Part shown: in pieces, positions 45,535 through 55,400 of the stretch | Layout of the letters: the number at the start of each line of letters is the position of its first letter | How positions within the stretch are numbered: the first letter of the stretch is position 1 | Assembly (NCBI GenBank): GCA_017396085.1 | Contig: JAFQNC010000026.1 | Coordinates: forward strand, 27,843-91,842 | Source: Tidjanibacter sp. | GTDB lineage: Bacteria; Bacteroidota; Bacteroidia; Bacteroidales; Rikenellaceae | DNA: 64,000 nt | Direction: 5' to 3' | Translations under genes and position numbers: made by a program | The notes under the pieces: model-generated | Database searches by the model: none | Told to the model about the DNA's origin: nothing | What the model saw: the letters and a program-made list of their open reading frames with translations, nothing else

Positions 45535-47823
45535 ATGACTCAAACCGCAAAAAGCCTATTCCGATTGTTGTGGGTGTGGGTGGGAGCACTCCTTGTTGGG
45601 TGCGCCCCCGATGCCACCCAAACCACCTTCTCGCTCCGTGAGCAGACCGAGGCTGCCGAAGCACTCGTGGAACGTGTAACCGATGGCCGTGCCGATGATT
45701 TCAGGGTGGTAATTACCCAAAAGCAGGTCGATGGCAAAGACTACTTCGCCCTCTATGCCGACCCTCAGCAGCAGGGTGTGGTGGTGCTCGAGGGTAGCGA
45801 TGGAGTGTGTGTGGCAAGTGCGCTCAACCACTACCTGCAAGAGTGGTGCGGTTGCCACATCAGTTGGTGTGGCTCCAGCGTGGAGTTGCCCGAAAGGCTC
45901 CCCCTGCCGCAAGGTAAAACCATCAAAACAAGCCCCTACAAGTATCGCTACTGCTTCAACTACTGCACCTTCAACTACACTATGAGTTGGTGGGACAAGG
46001 AGCGTTGGCAGTGGGAAATTGACTTTATGGCACTCAACGGCATCAATATGCCCCTTGCCGTAACGGGCCAAAACTCCGTGTGGCAGCGGGTCTATCGGTC
46101 GCTCGGCTTCACGGACAAAGAGTTGGAGGGCTTCTTCAGCGGCCCCGCCTACTTCAACTGGTTTTGGATGGGCAATCTGGACGGTTGGGGCGGTCCGCTG
46201 CCGCAGAGTTTCTTCCGCAAGCACGAGGCACTCCAAAAATACATCCTCCGCAGCGAGCGAGCACTCGGTATGAAGCCCGTGTTGCCCGCCTTCACAGGCC
46301 ACGTACCGCCCTCGTTTGAGCAGAAGTTCCCCGATGTGAGGGTACGCAAGACCTCGTGGGTGAACTTCCCCGAGGTTGCTGTGCTGGACCCCGAGGAGGA
46401 GATGTTCGACCGCATTGGCGAGATGTTCATCAGGGAGCAAGCCGCACTCTATGGCACCAACCACCTCTACTCGGCCGACACCTTCAACGAAAATGACCCC
46501 CCAAGCACCGACTCGGCCTACTTGGCAGGTATGAGTCGCAAGGTGTTTGAGTCGATGAGGGCTGCCGACAGCGAGGCCGTGTGGGTGATGCAGGGGTGGC
46601 TGTTCCACCACTCCGATGACTTCTGGGGCGAGCCCGAAATAAAAGCCCTGCTGGGTGCGGTGCCCGATGATGGTATGATTATTCTCGACCTTTGGAGCGA
46701 GCGTTTCCCCGTATGGCAGCGCACCGAAGCCTACTATGGCAAACCTTGGATATGGTGTATGTTGCACAACTTCGGCCAAAACATAACCCTCTCCGGCAAC
46801 TCCGCACGTGTAGCACAAGGCCCCGCAAGCGCACTCGCCTCGCCCAAGTCGGGCAAGATGTGTGGCATTGGACTCACTCCCGAGGGCATTGAACACAACC
46901 CGATGATGTTCGCTATGATGTTGGAAAACGTGTGGCGAGAGGAGCCCATAGAGGTGGGCGACTTTGTGGCCGACTATCTGGAGGAGAGGTATGGCAGTCG
47001 CAACGAGCAGGCCGAGCAAGCGTGGGGCATCATCGCCGAGAGTGTCTACAACAACGATGTGAGCAACGGAGGCCCCGAGTCCATCATCACCGGCAGGCCC
47101 AACTTCAAGATGAACCCCGGAGGCACCACCAACGTCAAACTCCACTACGACCAAATGGAGTTGGCCACAGCGTGGGACCTGCTGATGGAGTGTGCCGAGG
47201 AGTTTGAGGAGAGCGAGGGCTACCGCTACGACCTTGTGGACATCACTCGTCAGGTGATGGCCAACCACGCCACCGTGTTGCAACAAGCGTGTGCCGAGGC
47301 CTACAAAAGTGGCGACATTGAGGCCTTCGATGGCGCAGCAAACCAATTTATTTCCTATCTTTGGGACTTTGAAGAACTACTCTCCTCACGAGAGGAGTTG
47401 TTGCTCGGCAGGTGGCTGGAAGCAGCCAAAGCGATGGGTACCAACGCCGCCGAGCGAGGCCTCTATGAGCAAAACGCCCGCAACCTGCTCACCACTTGGG
47501 GCAACAAGGATTGCCGCATCAGGGACTATGCCTGCCGTCAGTGGTCGGGAATGGTCGGCGGGTTCTACATCCCCCGCTGGGAGCGATTCTTCGCAAGCGT
47601 GCGTGAGGCTATGAGCAAGGGAGTGGAGTTTGACCAAAAACTCTTTGACGAGCAGAGCAAAGAGTGGGAATGGGAGTGGACCTTCGGCAAGGAGTGCTAC
47701 CCCACCACTCCACAGACCGATGAGATTGAGGTGGCACGCAAAATGCACTCCAAATATAGAAGCCAGTTGGAGCCCTTGCCCTATGTGGTCGCTCCCTCGG
47801 CCAAGAAGATTATTGAGAGTTAG
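45535..47823 (+). CDS. Second GH89 alpha-N-acetylglucosaminidase (lipoprotein)
   Basis: RYCFNYCTFNY, WEIDFMALNGIN, WFWMGNL, DTFNE, HNFGQN, PEGIEHN and DYACRQWSG motifs. Confidence 0.95.
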   Translation: MTQTAKSLFRLLWVWVGALLVGCAPDATQTTFSLREQTEAAEALVERVTDGRADDFRVVITQKQVDGKDYFALYADPQQQGVVVLEGSDGVCVASALNHYLQEWCGCHISWCGSSVELPERLPLPQGKTIKTSPYKYRYCFNYCTFNYTMSWWDKERWQWEIDFMALNGINMPLAVTGQNSVWQRVYRSLGFTDKELEGFFSGPAYFNWFWMGNLDGWGGPLPQSFFRKHEALQKYILRSERALGMKPVLPAFTGHVPPSFEQKFPDVRVRKTSWVNFPEVAVLDPEEEMFDRIGEMFIREQAALYGTNHLYSADTFNENDPPSTDSAYLAGMSRKVFESMRAADSEAVWVMQGWLFHHSDDFWGEPEIKALLGAVPDDGMIILDLWSERFPVWQRTEAYYGKPWIWCMLHNFGQNITLSGNSARVAQGPASALASPKSGKMCGIGLTPEGIEHNPMMFAMMLENVWREEPIEVGDFVADYLEERYGSRNEQAEQAWGIIAESVYNNDVSNGGPESIITGRPNFKMNPGGTTNVKLHYDQMELATAWDLLMECAEEFEESEGYRYDLVDITRQVMANHATVLQQACAEAYKSGDIEAFDGAANQFISYLWDFEELLSSREELLLGRWLEAAKAMGTNAAERGLYEQNARNLLTTWGNKDCRIRDYACRQWSGMVGGFYIPRWERFFASVREAMSKGVEFDQKLFDEQSKEWEWEWTFGKECYPTTPQTDEIEVARKMHSKYRSQLEPLPYVVAPSAKKIIES

Positions 47824-47859
47824 GAACATAGGTTTTTACAGCCACCGACACACAAAAGT

Positions 47860-49020
47860 ATGAAAAAGATAACCATAGCAGTGGACTCCTTCAAGGGCTC
47901 CCTCTCCTCCGCAGAGGTGGCCGAGGCAGTGGCGCAGGGCATAGAGGCCGTGTTGCCCCATTGCGAAGTGTGCAAGGTGAGCATAGCCGATGGTGGCGAA
48001 GGCACAGCCGAAGCACTCGTGGAGAGCCTCGGTGGGGAGTGGGTGCAGATGGTGGCCGGCGACCCTTTGGGCAGGCCCATTGGGGTGCGCTATGGAGTGA
48101 TTGAGGAGGGGCGATGTGCCGTGGTGGAGATGGCCACAGCAAGCGGACTTCCCCTGCTCACTCCCGAGGAGCGCAACCCACTGCTCACCTCCACCATTGG
48201 CACCGGAGAGATGATTGCCAACGCCATAGGGCGAGGGTGTCGCAAGTTCCTCGTGGCCATTGGCGGAAGTGCCACCAACGACTGCGGAATGGGTATGCTC
48301 CACGCCTTAGGCTACCGCTTTGTGGATGCTCAGGGCGAGGTCCTACAACCTTGTGGTGAGGCCTTGGTGCAAATTGACCACATTGACGACACTCTTGTAA
48401 GCCCTCTGCTCCGAGAGTGTGAGTTTGTGGTGGCCTGCGATGTTACCAACCCACTCTATGGACCCAACGGAGCCGCCCACATCTTTGCACCCCAAAAGGG
48501 AGCAACCCCACAGATGGTGGAGCAGTTGGACCTCGGACTGCGCAACTTTGCACGCACCGTGAGGGCCTACAACGGCTGCGAGGTGGACTTCGTGGAGGGC
48601 GCAGGAGCCGCCGGAGGACTCGGTGCAGGCTTCGTGGGAGTGTTGGATGCCAAGTTGCAGAGGGGCATTGATATGGTTATGGAGGCGTTGCACTTTGAGG
48701 AAAGGCTCCTCGGTAGCGACCTCGTCATCACCGGCGAGGGGTGCATCGACTACCAGACCGTGATGGGCAAAGCCCCCAGCGGAGTGTTGCACGCCGCCAC
48801 CCGTCAGGGAATTCCCGTGGTGGCCATTGGCGGAGGTGTGAGGTGGTGTGAGGCCCTCGAAAAAAGTGGGTTTGCCGTCATCGTTGCCGCCACCCCCGAG
48901 GGTGTGGAGTTGCAGGAGGCTATGCGCCCCGAAGTGGCAAAAAGGAACGTGAGGCTCGCCACCGAGCGCATAGTGGAGCAGTGGGTGGCCACACGCACAC
49001 AAAGAAAAGTAGAACAATAA
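47860..49020 (+). CDS. glxK: Glycerate kinase (GlxK/GarK family)
   Basis: DSFKGSL, ADGGEGT, EMATASGL, GGSATND, GAAGGLG and TGEG motifs. Confidence 0.96.
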   Translation: MKKITIAVDSFKGSLSSAEVAEAVAQGIEAVLPHCEVCKVSIADGGEGTAEALVESLGGEWVQMVAGDPLGRPIGVRYGVIEEGRCAVVEMATASGLPLLTPEERNPLLTSTIGTGEMIANAIGRGCRKFLVAIGGSATNDCGMGMLHALGYRFVDAQGEVLQPCGEALVQIDHIDDTLVSPLLRECEFVVACDVTNPLYGPNGAAHIFAPQKGATPQMVEQLDLGLRNFARTVRAYNGCEVDFVEGAGAAGGLGAGFVGVLDAKLQRGIDMVMEALHFEERLLGSDLVITGEGCIDYQTVMGKAPSGVLHAATRQGIPVVAIGGGVRWCEALEKSGFAVIVAATPEGVELQEAMRPEVAKRNVRLATERIVEQWVATRTQRKVEQ

Positions 49021-49069
49021 ACAGCGAGGGGACTCACCCCTCTTTCCGACCTAACATTATTTTCGGTTT

Positions 49070-50329
49070 ATGATGATGAGTGCTATTGGAGCATTGGTGG
49101 GCTTGGTGTTGTCCATCGTGCTGATTGTGCGCAAACTATCGCCCGTCTACAGCCTTTTGTTGGGCGCACTTGTGGGCGGTCTGCTTGGCGGACTCGGCAT
49201 TGAGGCCACCGCCACCACAATGGTGAGCGGAGTGAAAGACATCACCCCCGCCATAGTGCGTATTTTGGCCGCAGGTGTGCTCTCGGGTGTGCTAATCAAG
49301 AGTGGCGCCGCCGAGAGCATATCTCACACTATTGTGGAAAAACTCGGCCGCAAGCAGGTCTACCTCGCACTGGCCCTCTCGGTGATGTTGCTCACCGCCG
49401 TGGGCGTGTTCGTTGATGTGGCCGTAATCACCGTGGCCCCCGTGGCCATAATGATTGGGCGCAAGTTGGGAGCCTCAAGGTTCAAGATTTTGCTCGCAAT
49501 GATTGGTGGCGGCAAGTGTGGCAACATCATCTCGCCCAACCCCAACACCATCATCGCAGCCGAAAATATGGAAGCACCGCTCTCCTCGGTGATGTTCGCA
49601 GGCCTCGTGCCCGCCATCATCGGACTCCTCGTTACGGTCTACGTCATCATCCCCCTGATGCCCAACAGCGACCTCTACACCCCCACCTCGGACAAGGAAG
49701 AGGATGGCAGCGGAACAAAGGCACTCCCCTCATTTTGGGCCAGCGTGGCAGGTCCTCTGGTTGCCATCGCACTGCTCGCCCTGCGACCCCTTGCAGGGGT
49801 AGCGATTGACCCTCTGGTGGCTCTACCCGTGGGCGGAATTGTGGGCATTGCAACCACCCGCACGTGGAACAAGGCCGGCGAGAGCATAAGTTTCGGATTG
49901 GAGAAGATGTCGGTGGTGGCGGTGTTGCTCGTGGGCACGGGTGCCATAGCCGGCATAATCAAGGCCTCCTCGCTCACCGACCTGCTCATCGGAGTGATGG
50001 GCAGTGGCGAGGGCGGCAGGGTGTTGCTGGCTCCGCTGGCAGGTGCGATAATGTCGGCCGCCACAGCCTCAACTACCGCAGGAGCCACCGTGGCTTCGGC
50101 CTCCTTTGGACAGACCATTCTCGCCGCAGGCATACCGGCAGTGTGGGGCGCAGCAATGATAAATGCAGGTGCCACGGTGCTGGACCACCTGCCCCACGGC
50201 TCGTTCTTCCACGCCACCGGCGGCTCGGTGGAGATGAGCATAAAACAACGCCTGCGCCTTATCCCCTACGAATCGCTCGTGGGCCTTGTGCTGGCCACCT
50301 GTTCCACCCTCGCATACCTCTTGAGTTGA
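49070..50329 (+). CDS. GntP-family sugar-acid permease (probable glycerate importer)
   Basis: Multi-TM protein with GGGKCGNIISPNPNTI and DHLPHGSFFHATGG; directly downstream of glxK. Confidence 0.85.
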   Translation: MMMSAIGALVGLVLSIVLIVRKLSPVYSLLLGALVGGLLGGLGIEATATTMVSGVKDITPAIVRILAAGVLSGVLIKSGAAESISHTIVEKLGRKQVYLALALSVMLLTAVGVFVDVAVITVAPVAIMIGRKLGASRFKILLAMIGGGKCGNIISPNPNTIIAAENMEAPLSSVMFAGLVPAIIGLLVTVYVIIPLMPNSDLYTPTSDKEEDGSGTKALPSFWASVAGPLVAIALLALRPLAGVAIDPLVALPVGGIVGIATTRTWNKAGESISFGLEKMSVVAVLLVGTGAIAGIIKASSLTDLLIGVMGSGEGGRVLLAPLAGAIMSAATASTTAGATVASASFGQTILAAGIPAVWGAAMINAGATVLDHLPHGSFFHATGGSVEMSIKQRLRLIPYESLVGLVLATCSTLAYLLS

Positions 50330-50339
50330 GAACAAGGGG

Positions 50340-50880
50340 AATTCAGAATTCAGAATTCAGAATTCAAAATTGTCCCCCTCTAAGTTAGAGGGGGTGCCCG
50401 AAGGGCGGGGGCGTCTGTGAAAGGGCAGAAAGGGCAGAAAGGGACTTTAAGGGCTTTAAGGGCTTTAAGGCCCTTAAAAAAAGACGTTGGAGGTTGGACA
50501 AAAAAATGCAGAGAGCGGAGAGAATTGAAAATGGAAAATTGAAAAAGTTGCGAGTAAGCGAGGGCAGAGGGTGCTTGCACACTTTGCCGAGCGAGAGCAA
50601 CTAAAAGCCACCAAAGGTGGGTTAATTTTGGTGTGCCTTCTGCACGGGTATTAAAAAAGATACCCAAGACGCAATCAGTGGCTTCGCCGCAGAAAAGAGC
50701 GGTAGATGCCAACCGCCTGCCTCACGGCAGTCGTGGCAAGACAGGGCCATAGGCCGTTTTGTGTTTTTGGGTGGTGGGGTTATCTGACGTTTGAAAGCGG
50801 TAAAAATGCAGAGAGCGAGGCAAATGCAAGGCGCACGAGAAAGCGGGCCCGCAGTTTGCTTGTGCAAATGAGGAGCCCGC
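50340..50880. repeat. Composite intergenic repeat cluster between convergent gntP and cysS
   Basis: (AATTCAG)x3, B 50372-50417, 9-mers, H 50549-50599, inverted D 50644-50665, C 50691-50742. Confidence 0.85.
50447..50488 (+). repeat. 42-bp direct repeat, right copy
   Basis: Identical to 32090-32131. Confidence 0.9.
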
Positions 50881-50923
50881 TTATCGAAGGGCAACGCAGC
50901 AGTTGCCCGCTATTCTGCATTTT

Positions 50924-52387
50924 TTACTCCCAAGTGGAAGTCCCGTCCTTATTATCCTTCACCTTGATGCCGATGGCCGAAAGTCTATTGCGAATGAGGT
51001 CGGCAGTGGGCCAATCTTTGTTCGCCTTGGCATTGCTGCGAATCTCCAAAATCATATCCATCAGAGGCGAAATCTTGTCGTCTGCACCCTCGGCACGCTC
51101 GTTGCGAAGGCCCAGAATGTCAAACACGTAGAGGTTTACCACCCTGCGAAGTTCCTCCAAGTCGGCAGCCGAAATGGTCTGCTCGCCCGAAGCAATCTGG
51201 TTGATGATGCGCACCCAGTCGAACAAGGCACTGATGACCATAGGCGAAGAGAGGTCATCATTCATAGCATCCTCACAACGTGTGCGTAGGTCCGCAACTT
51301 CCACACTCGAACTCTCCGAAGCCTTCAACGTGGCCAATGTGTCCACAGCCTTCATCAGTCGCTCGTAGCCCTTCTCGGCAGCCTTCAAGGCCTCGTTGGA
51401 GAAGTCAAGCGTGGAGCGATAGTGGGCCTGAAGGATGAAGAACCTCACGGTCATAGGCGAGTAGGCCTGCTCAAGTTTGTCGTGGGTGCCGGTGAAGAGT
51501 TGCTCGAGGGTGATGAAGTTACCCAACGACTTACCCATCTTTTGGCCACCGATGGTAATCATATTGTTGTGTACCCAATAGCGGGCCGAGTCCTTACCCT
51601 GCGAAGCGCACGACTGGGCTATCTCGCACTCGTGGTGGGGGAACATAAGGTCCATACCGCCACCGTGGATGTCGAACTGCTCACCGAGGTATTTGGTGCT
51701 CATTGCCGTACACTCCAAGTGCCAGCCGGGGAAGCCATCGCTCCAAGGCGAGGGCCAGCGCATAATGTGCTCGGGCTGTGCCTTCTTCCAGAGGGCAAAG
51801 TCGAAGGAGTTGCGCTTGTCGCTCTGACCGTCAATCTCACGTGTACCCACAAGCACATCGTCAAGGTTACGGCCCGAGAGTTTACCGTAGTGGAATTTCT
51901 CGTTGTATTTGACCACATCAAAGTAGATGGAGCCGTTGCTCTCATAGGCATAGCCTGCATCAAGGATGCGCCTTACGAGGTCAATCTGCTCAATGATGTG
52001 TCCGCTTGCGTGGGGCTCAATGGAGGGTGGCAACACACCGAGTTTGTCCATAAAGATGTGGTAGCGGTTGGTGTAGTACTGCGCCACCTCCATAGGTTCA
52101 AGTTGCTCGAGTCGTGCTTTCTTGGTGATTTTGTCCTCGCCCTCATCAGCATCGTGCTCGAGGTGGCCAACGTCTGTAATGTTACGCACATAGCGCACCT
52201 TGTAGCCGAGTGCTCGCAGGTAGCGGAAGAGCAGGTCGAAGGTGATGGCGGGGCGGGTGTGGCCAAGGTGTGGGTCGCCATAGACGGTGGGGCCGCACAC
52301 ATACATTCCAACGTGCTCGGGATTGAGTGGAACAAACTCCTCTTTCAGGCGAGAGAGTGTGTTGTATAGCATCAACTTTGTAGCCAT
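50924..52387 (-). CDS. cysS: Cysteine--tRNA ligase
   Basis: [32 protein letters not shown] and KMGKSLGNF motifs. Confidence 0.98.
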   Translation of the reverse strand: MATKLMLYNTLSRLKEEFVPLNPEHVGMYVCGPTVYGDPHLGHTRPAITFDLLFRYLRALGYKVRYVRNITDVGHLEHDADEGEDKITKKARLEQLEPMEVAQYYTNRYHIFMDKLGVLPPSIEPHASGHIIEQIDLVRRILDAGYAYESNGSIYFDVVKYNEKFHYGKLSGRNLDDVLVGTREIDGQSDKRNSFDFALWKKAQPEHIMRWPSPWSDGFPGWHLECTAMSTKYLGEQFDIHGGGMDLMFPHHECEIAQSCASQGKDSARYWVHNNMITIGGQKMGKSLGNFITLEQLFTGTHDKLEQAYSPMTVRFFILQAHYRSTLDFSNEALKAAEKGYERLMKAVDTLATLKASESSSVEVADLRTRCEDAMNDDLSSPMVISALFDWVRIINQIASGEQTISAADLEELRRVVNLYVFDILGLRNERAEGADDKISPLMDMILEIRSNAKANKDWPTADLIRNRLSAIGIKVKDNKDGTSTWE

Positions 52388-52439
52388 AGTCTTTTGTATA
52401 ATCTGTTGTTTGAGGTTGTAAAAATACTCATTATTTTTT

Positions 52440-52447
52440 TAACTTTG
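52440..52447 (+). promoter_or_regulatory. -7 element for the DUF2723 gene
   Basis: TAACTTTG, 37 bp upstream of ATG 52485. Confidence 0.65.
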
Positions 52448-52484
52448 CAAAATTATAGTGCATTTAATCCGTTACCATAGCAGT

Positions 52485-55400
52485 ATGAAGCGATATAACA
52501 CGATTAACAACCTGCTCGGATGGCTCACTTTTGCCATCTCGGCAGTGGTCTACATCCTCACCACCGAGCCCAGTGCAAGTTTCTGGGACTGTGGAGAGTT
52601 CATCCCAACATCCTACAAACTCGAAGTGGGCCACCCTCCCGGAGCACCTCTCTTTATGATGATTGCCAACTTCTTCTCGCAGCTGGCCTTTGGCAACGTG
52701 GAGAAGGTGGCTCTGATGGTGAATATCTCCTCGTGTTTGGCGGCAGCGGCCACCATTTTGTTCCTCTTCTGGAGCATTACCCACATCGTGCGCCGTATGT
52801 TGTGCCGCAGGGATGAGGAGCCGCAGGGTGGTAAGCTCATCACCATTATGGGTGCGGGCCTTGTGGGCGCACTTGCCTACACCTTCACCGACACCTTTTG
52901 GTTTTCGGCAGTGGAGGCGGAGGTCTATGCCCTCTCCTCGCTCTTCACTGCGGTGGTCTTTTGGGCCATACTCAAGTGGGAGAACGTGGCCGACCAGAAG
53001 GGTAACGAGCGTTGGCTGGTGCTGATTGCCTACCTGATGGGCCTCTCCATCGGTGTGCACATCCTCAACCTGCTCACCATCCCCGCACTGGTGTTTGTCT
53101 ACTACTTCCGCAAGACCCCGAAGGTTACCACTTGGGGCATTGTGAAGATGACGCTCATCAGTGGTGCGTTCATACTCTTTGTGAACTCCATCGTCATCCC
53201 CTACACCACCCAGATTGGTGCTTGGTTTGACCGTGTGCTCAACAGCGTGGGAGTGCCTGTGAACGTGGGCTTTGCGCTCTACGCAGTGCTGCTCTTTGTG
53301 GCCCTCGGTGTGGCCATTTGGTACACCCAGACGAGGGGCAAGAAGTTGGCCAATATCATCGTAACGTGCCTTACGGTAATTCTCATCGGCTACTCCTCCT
53401 ACGCCTCGGTAATCATCCGTGCGAGTGCCAACCCGCCGATGAACTCCAACCACCCCGACAATCCCTACGCACTGCTCTACCTGCTCAACCGTGAGCAGTA
53501 TGAGGCACAGCCCATCCTCTCGGGTGTCTCCTATGCCGCACCCATCACCGATGTCAAGTATCGCACCAAATACTACGTCAATGACGAGGGAAAATATGTG
53601 GGCGAGCAGACCATCAGTGGTTATGAGTACCCCTCGAAGTTCAAAATGCTCTTCCCGCGTATGTGGTCGAGCAAGGAGAGCCACATTGAGGGCTACAAGT
53701 CGTGGGGCGGAGTGCAGGGACGCAAGAAGATTCGCTACGATGGGGAGGTCTATGAGGTACCCACCTTTGGCGAAAACCTCCGCTACTTCTTTGGCTACCA
53801 GCTCAACTTTATGTATTGGAGGTACTTCCTGTGGAACTTTGTGGGCCGTCAGAGCGACAACCAGAGCGTGGGCGAAATTACCGATGGTCAGTGGCTCTCG
53901 GGCATCAAACCCATAGACGAACTGATGCTCGGCCCGCAGGACAACCTGCCCGACACGATGAAAAACAACAAGGGCCGCAATAGGTACTATTTCATCCCCT
54001 TCATCCTCGGCCTCATTGGTCTGCTGTGGCAACTCGGTCGCAACCCGAGGTACTTCACGGTGGTGATGTGGTTGTTTGTGATGATGGGCGTAGCCCTTGT
54101 GGTCTACTTCAACTCGCCCCCCGGGGAGCCCCGCGAGAGGGACTATGTCTATGCCGGCTCGTTCTATGCCTTCTGTATGTGGATAGGTATGGGCGTGGTG
54201 GCCGTCAAAGAGTGGCTCTCGAAGGTGTGGAAGAAGAGCGACAAGGCTCCCGCCGTGGTGGCCACGGTGGTATGCCTGAGTGTGCCCACCATCCTCTGTG
54301 CCGAGAACTGGGACGACCACGACCGCAGTGGGCGCTATGTGATGCGTGATATGGGCTACAACTACCTCTCCACCGCACTACCCAACTCCATAGTCATCAA
54401 CTTTGGCGACAACGACACCTACCCGATGTGGTACAATCAGGAGGTGGAGGGCATCAGGCCCGATGTGCGCATTATGAACCAAAGTTACCTCGGTGGCGGC
54501 TGGTACATCGAGCAGATGAAGCACAAGTACAACGACTCCGAGCCCGTGCCATTCTCGTTCCCCAAGGAGAAGTATATGTATGCCAACGAATACATCTTCG
54601 TAGAGGATGTGGTAGACTACCGTGTGCCCATCGGTCAGGCTATGGACATCGTGCGCAGCGAAGCGCGAGGCACCAAGTTCAACTACGGAGAGTTGGCCTT
54701 CGACTTCCTCCCACAACATAAACTCGCCCTGCCCGTGAATAAGGAGAACGCTATTGCTGCCGGCATCGTCAAGCCCGAGGATGCACACCTTATGCTCGAC
54801 ACGCTCGAACTCGACATCAAGGGCAACACCCTTGAGAAGCCCGAGGTGATGGTGCTCGACCTGCTGGCTCACTTCGACTGGAAGAGGCCCATCTACTTCG
54901 TGCAGCCCACGTTGATGAAAAACCTCGGCCTGCAAGACTATCTCCAATATGATGGTTTCGGCTATCGCCTTGTGCCCATCAAAACCCCTGTGGAGAGCAT
55001 ATCCACAATGGGCCGCATTGACACCGACTACCTCTACAACAACATTATGAATGTCTACCGCTATGGTAACATCAAAGACGAGAGTGTCTACATCGACAAC
55101 TTCTCGCGTTACAACATCAACTCCACCCAAATCCGTGGCGGCTTTGCTCGCTTGGCGGAGGCTCTGGTGGCCGAAGGTCGCAAGGAGGAGGCGGTGAAGG
55201 TGCTCGACCGTGGAGCAGAGGAGATTCCCTTCTCGCAGGTGCCCCACAACTACCAGACTTTCCCCTACATTGATGCCTACTATGCCGCAGGCGACACCGC
55301 CAAAGGCGATGCACTCGCAAGGGATTTTGCACGCGACATCACCCAAAAACTCTACTACTTCTTCACCTTCCCCGACCGTCAGCAGGACTACATTGCCGAT

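Noticed and set aside
43282-45543. Long antisense ORFs (also 11363-13441, 36345-38333, 45556-47346, 52464-54320)
   Set aside because: Shadow frames of well-supported genes caused by biased codon usage; no recognisable motifs.
43327-47823. Heparan sulfate or gastric mucin as the PUL substrate
   Set aside because: No sulfatase, heparin lyase, GH88 or other mucin glycosidase in the locus, and neither explains the EEPs or glycerate genes. Demoted, not excluded.
32090-50488. Autonomous integrative element or prophage
   Set aside because: No integrase, transposase, relaxase, phage gene or tRNA target in the window.
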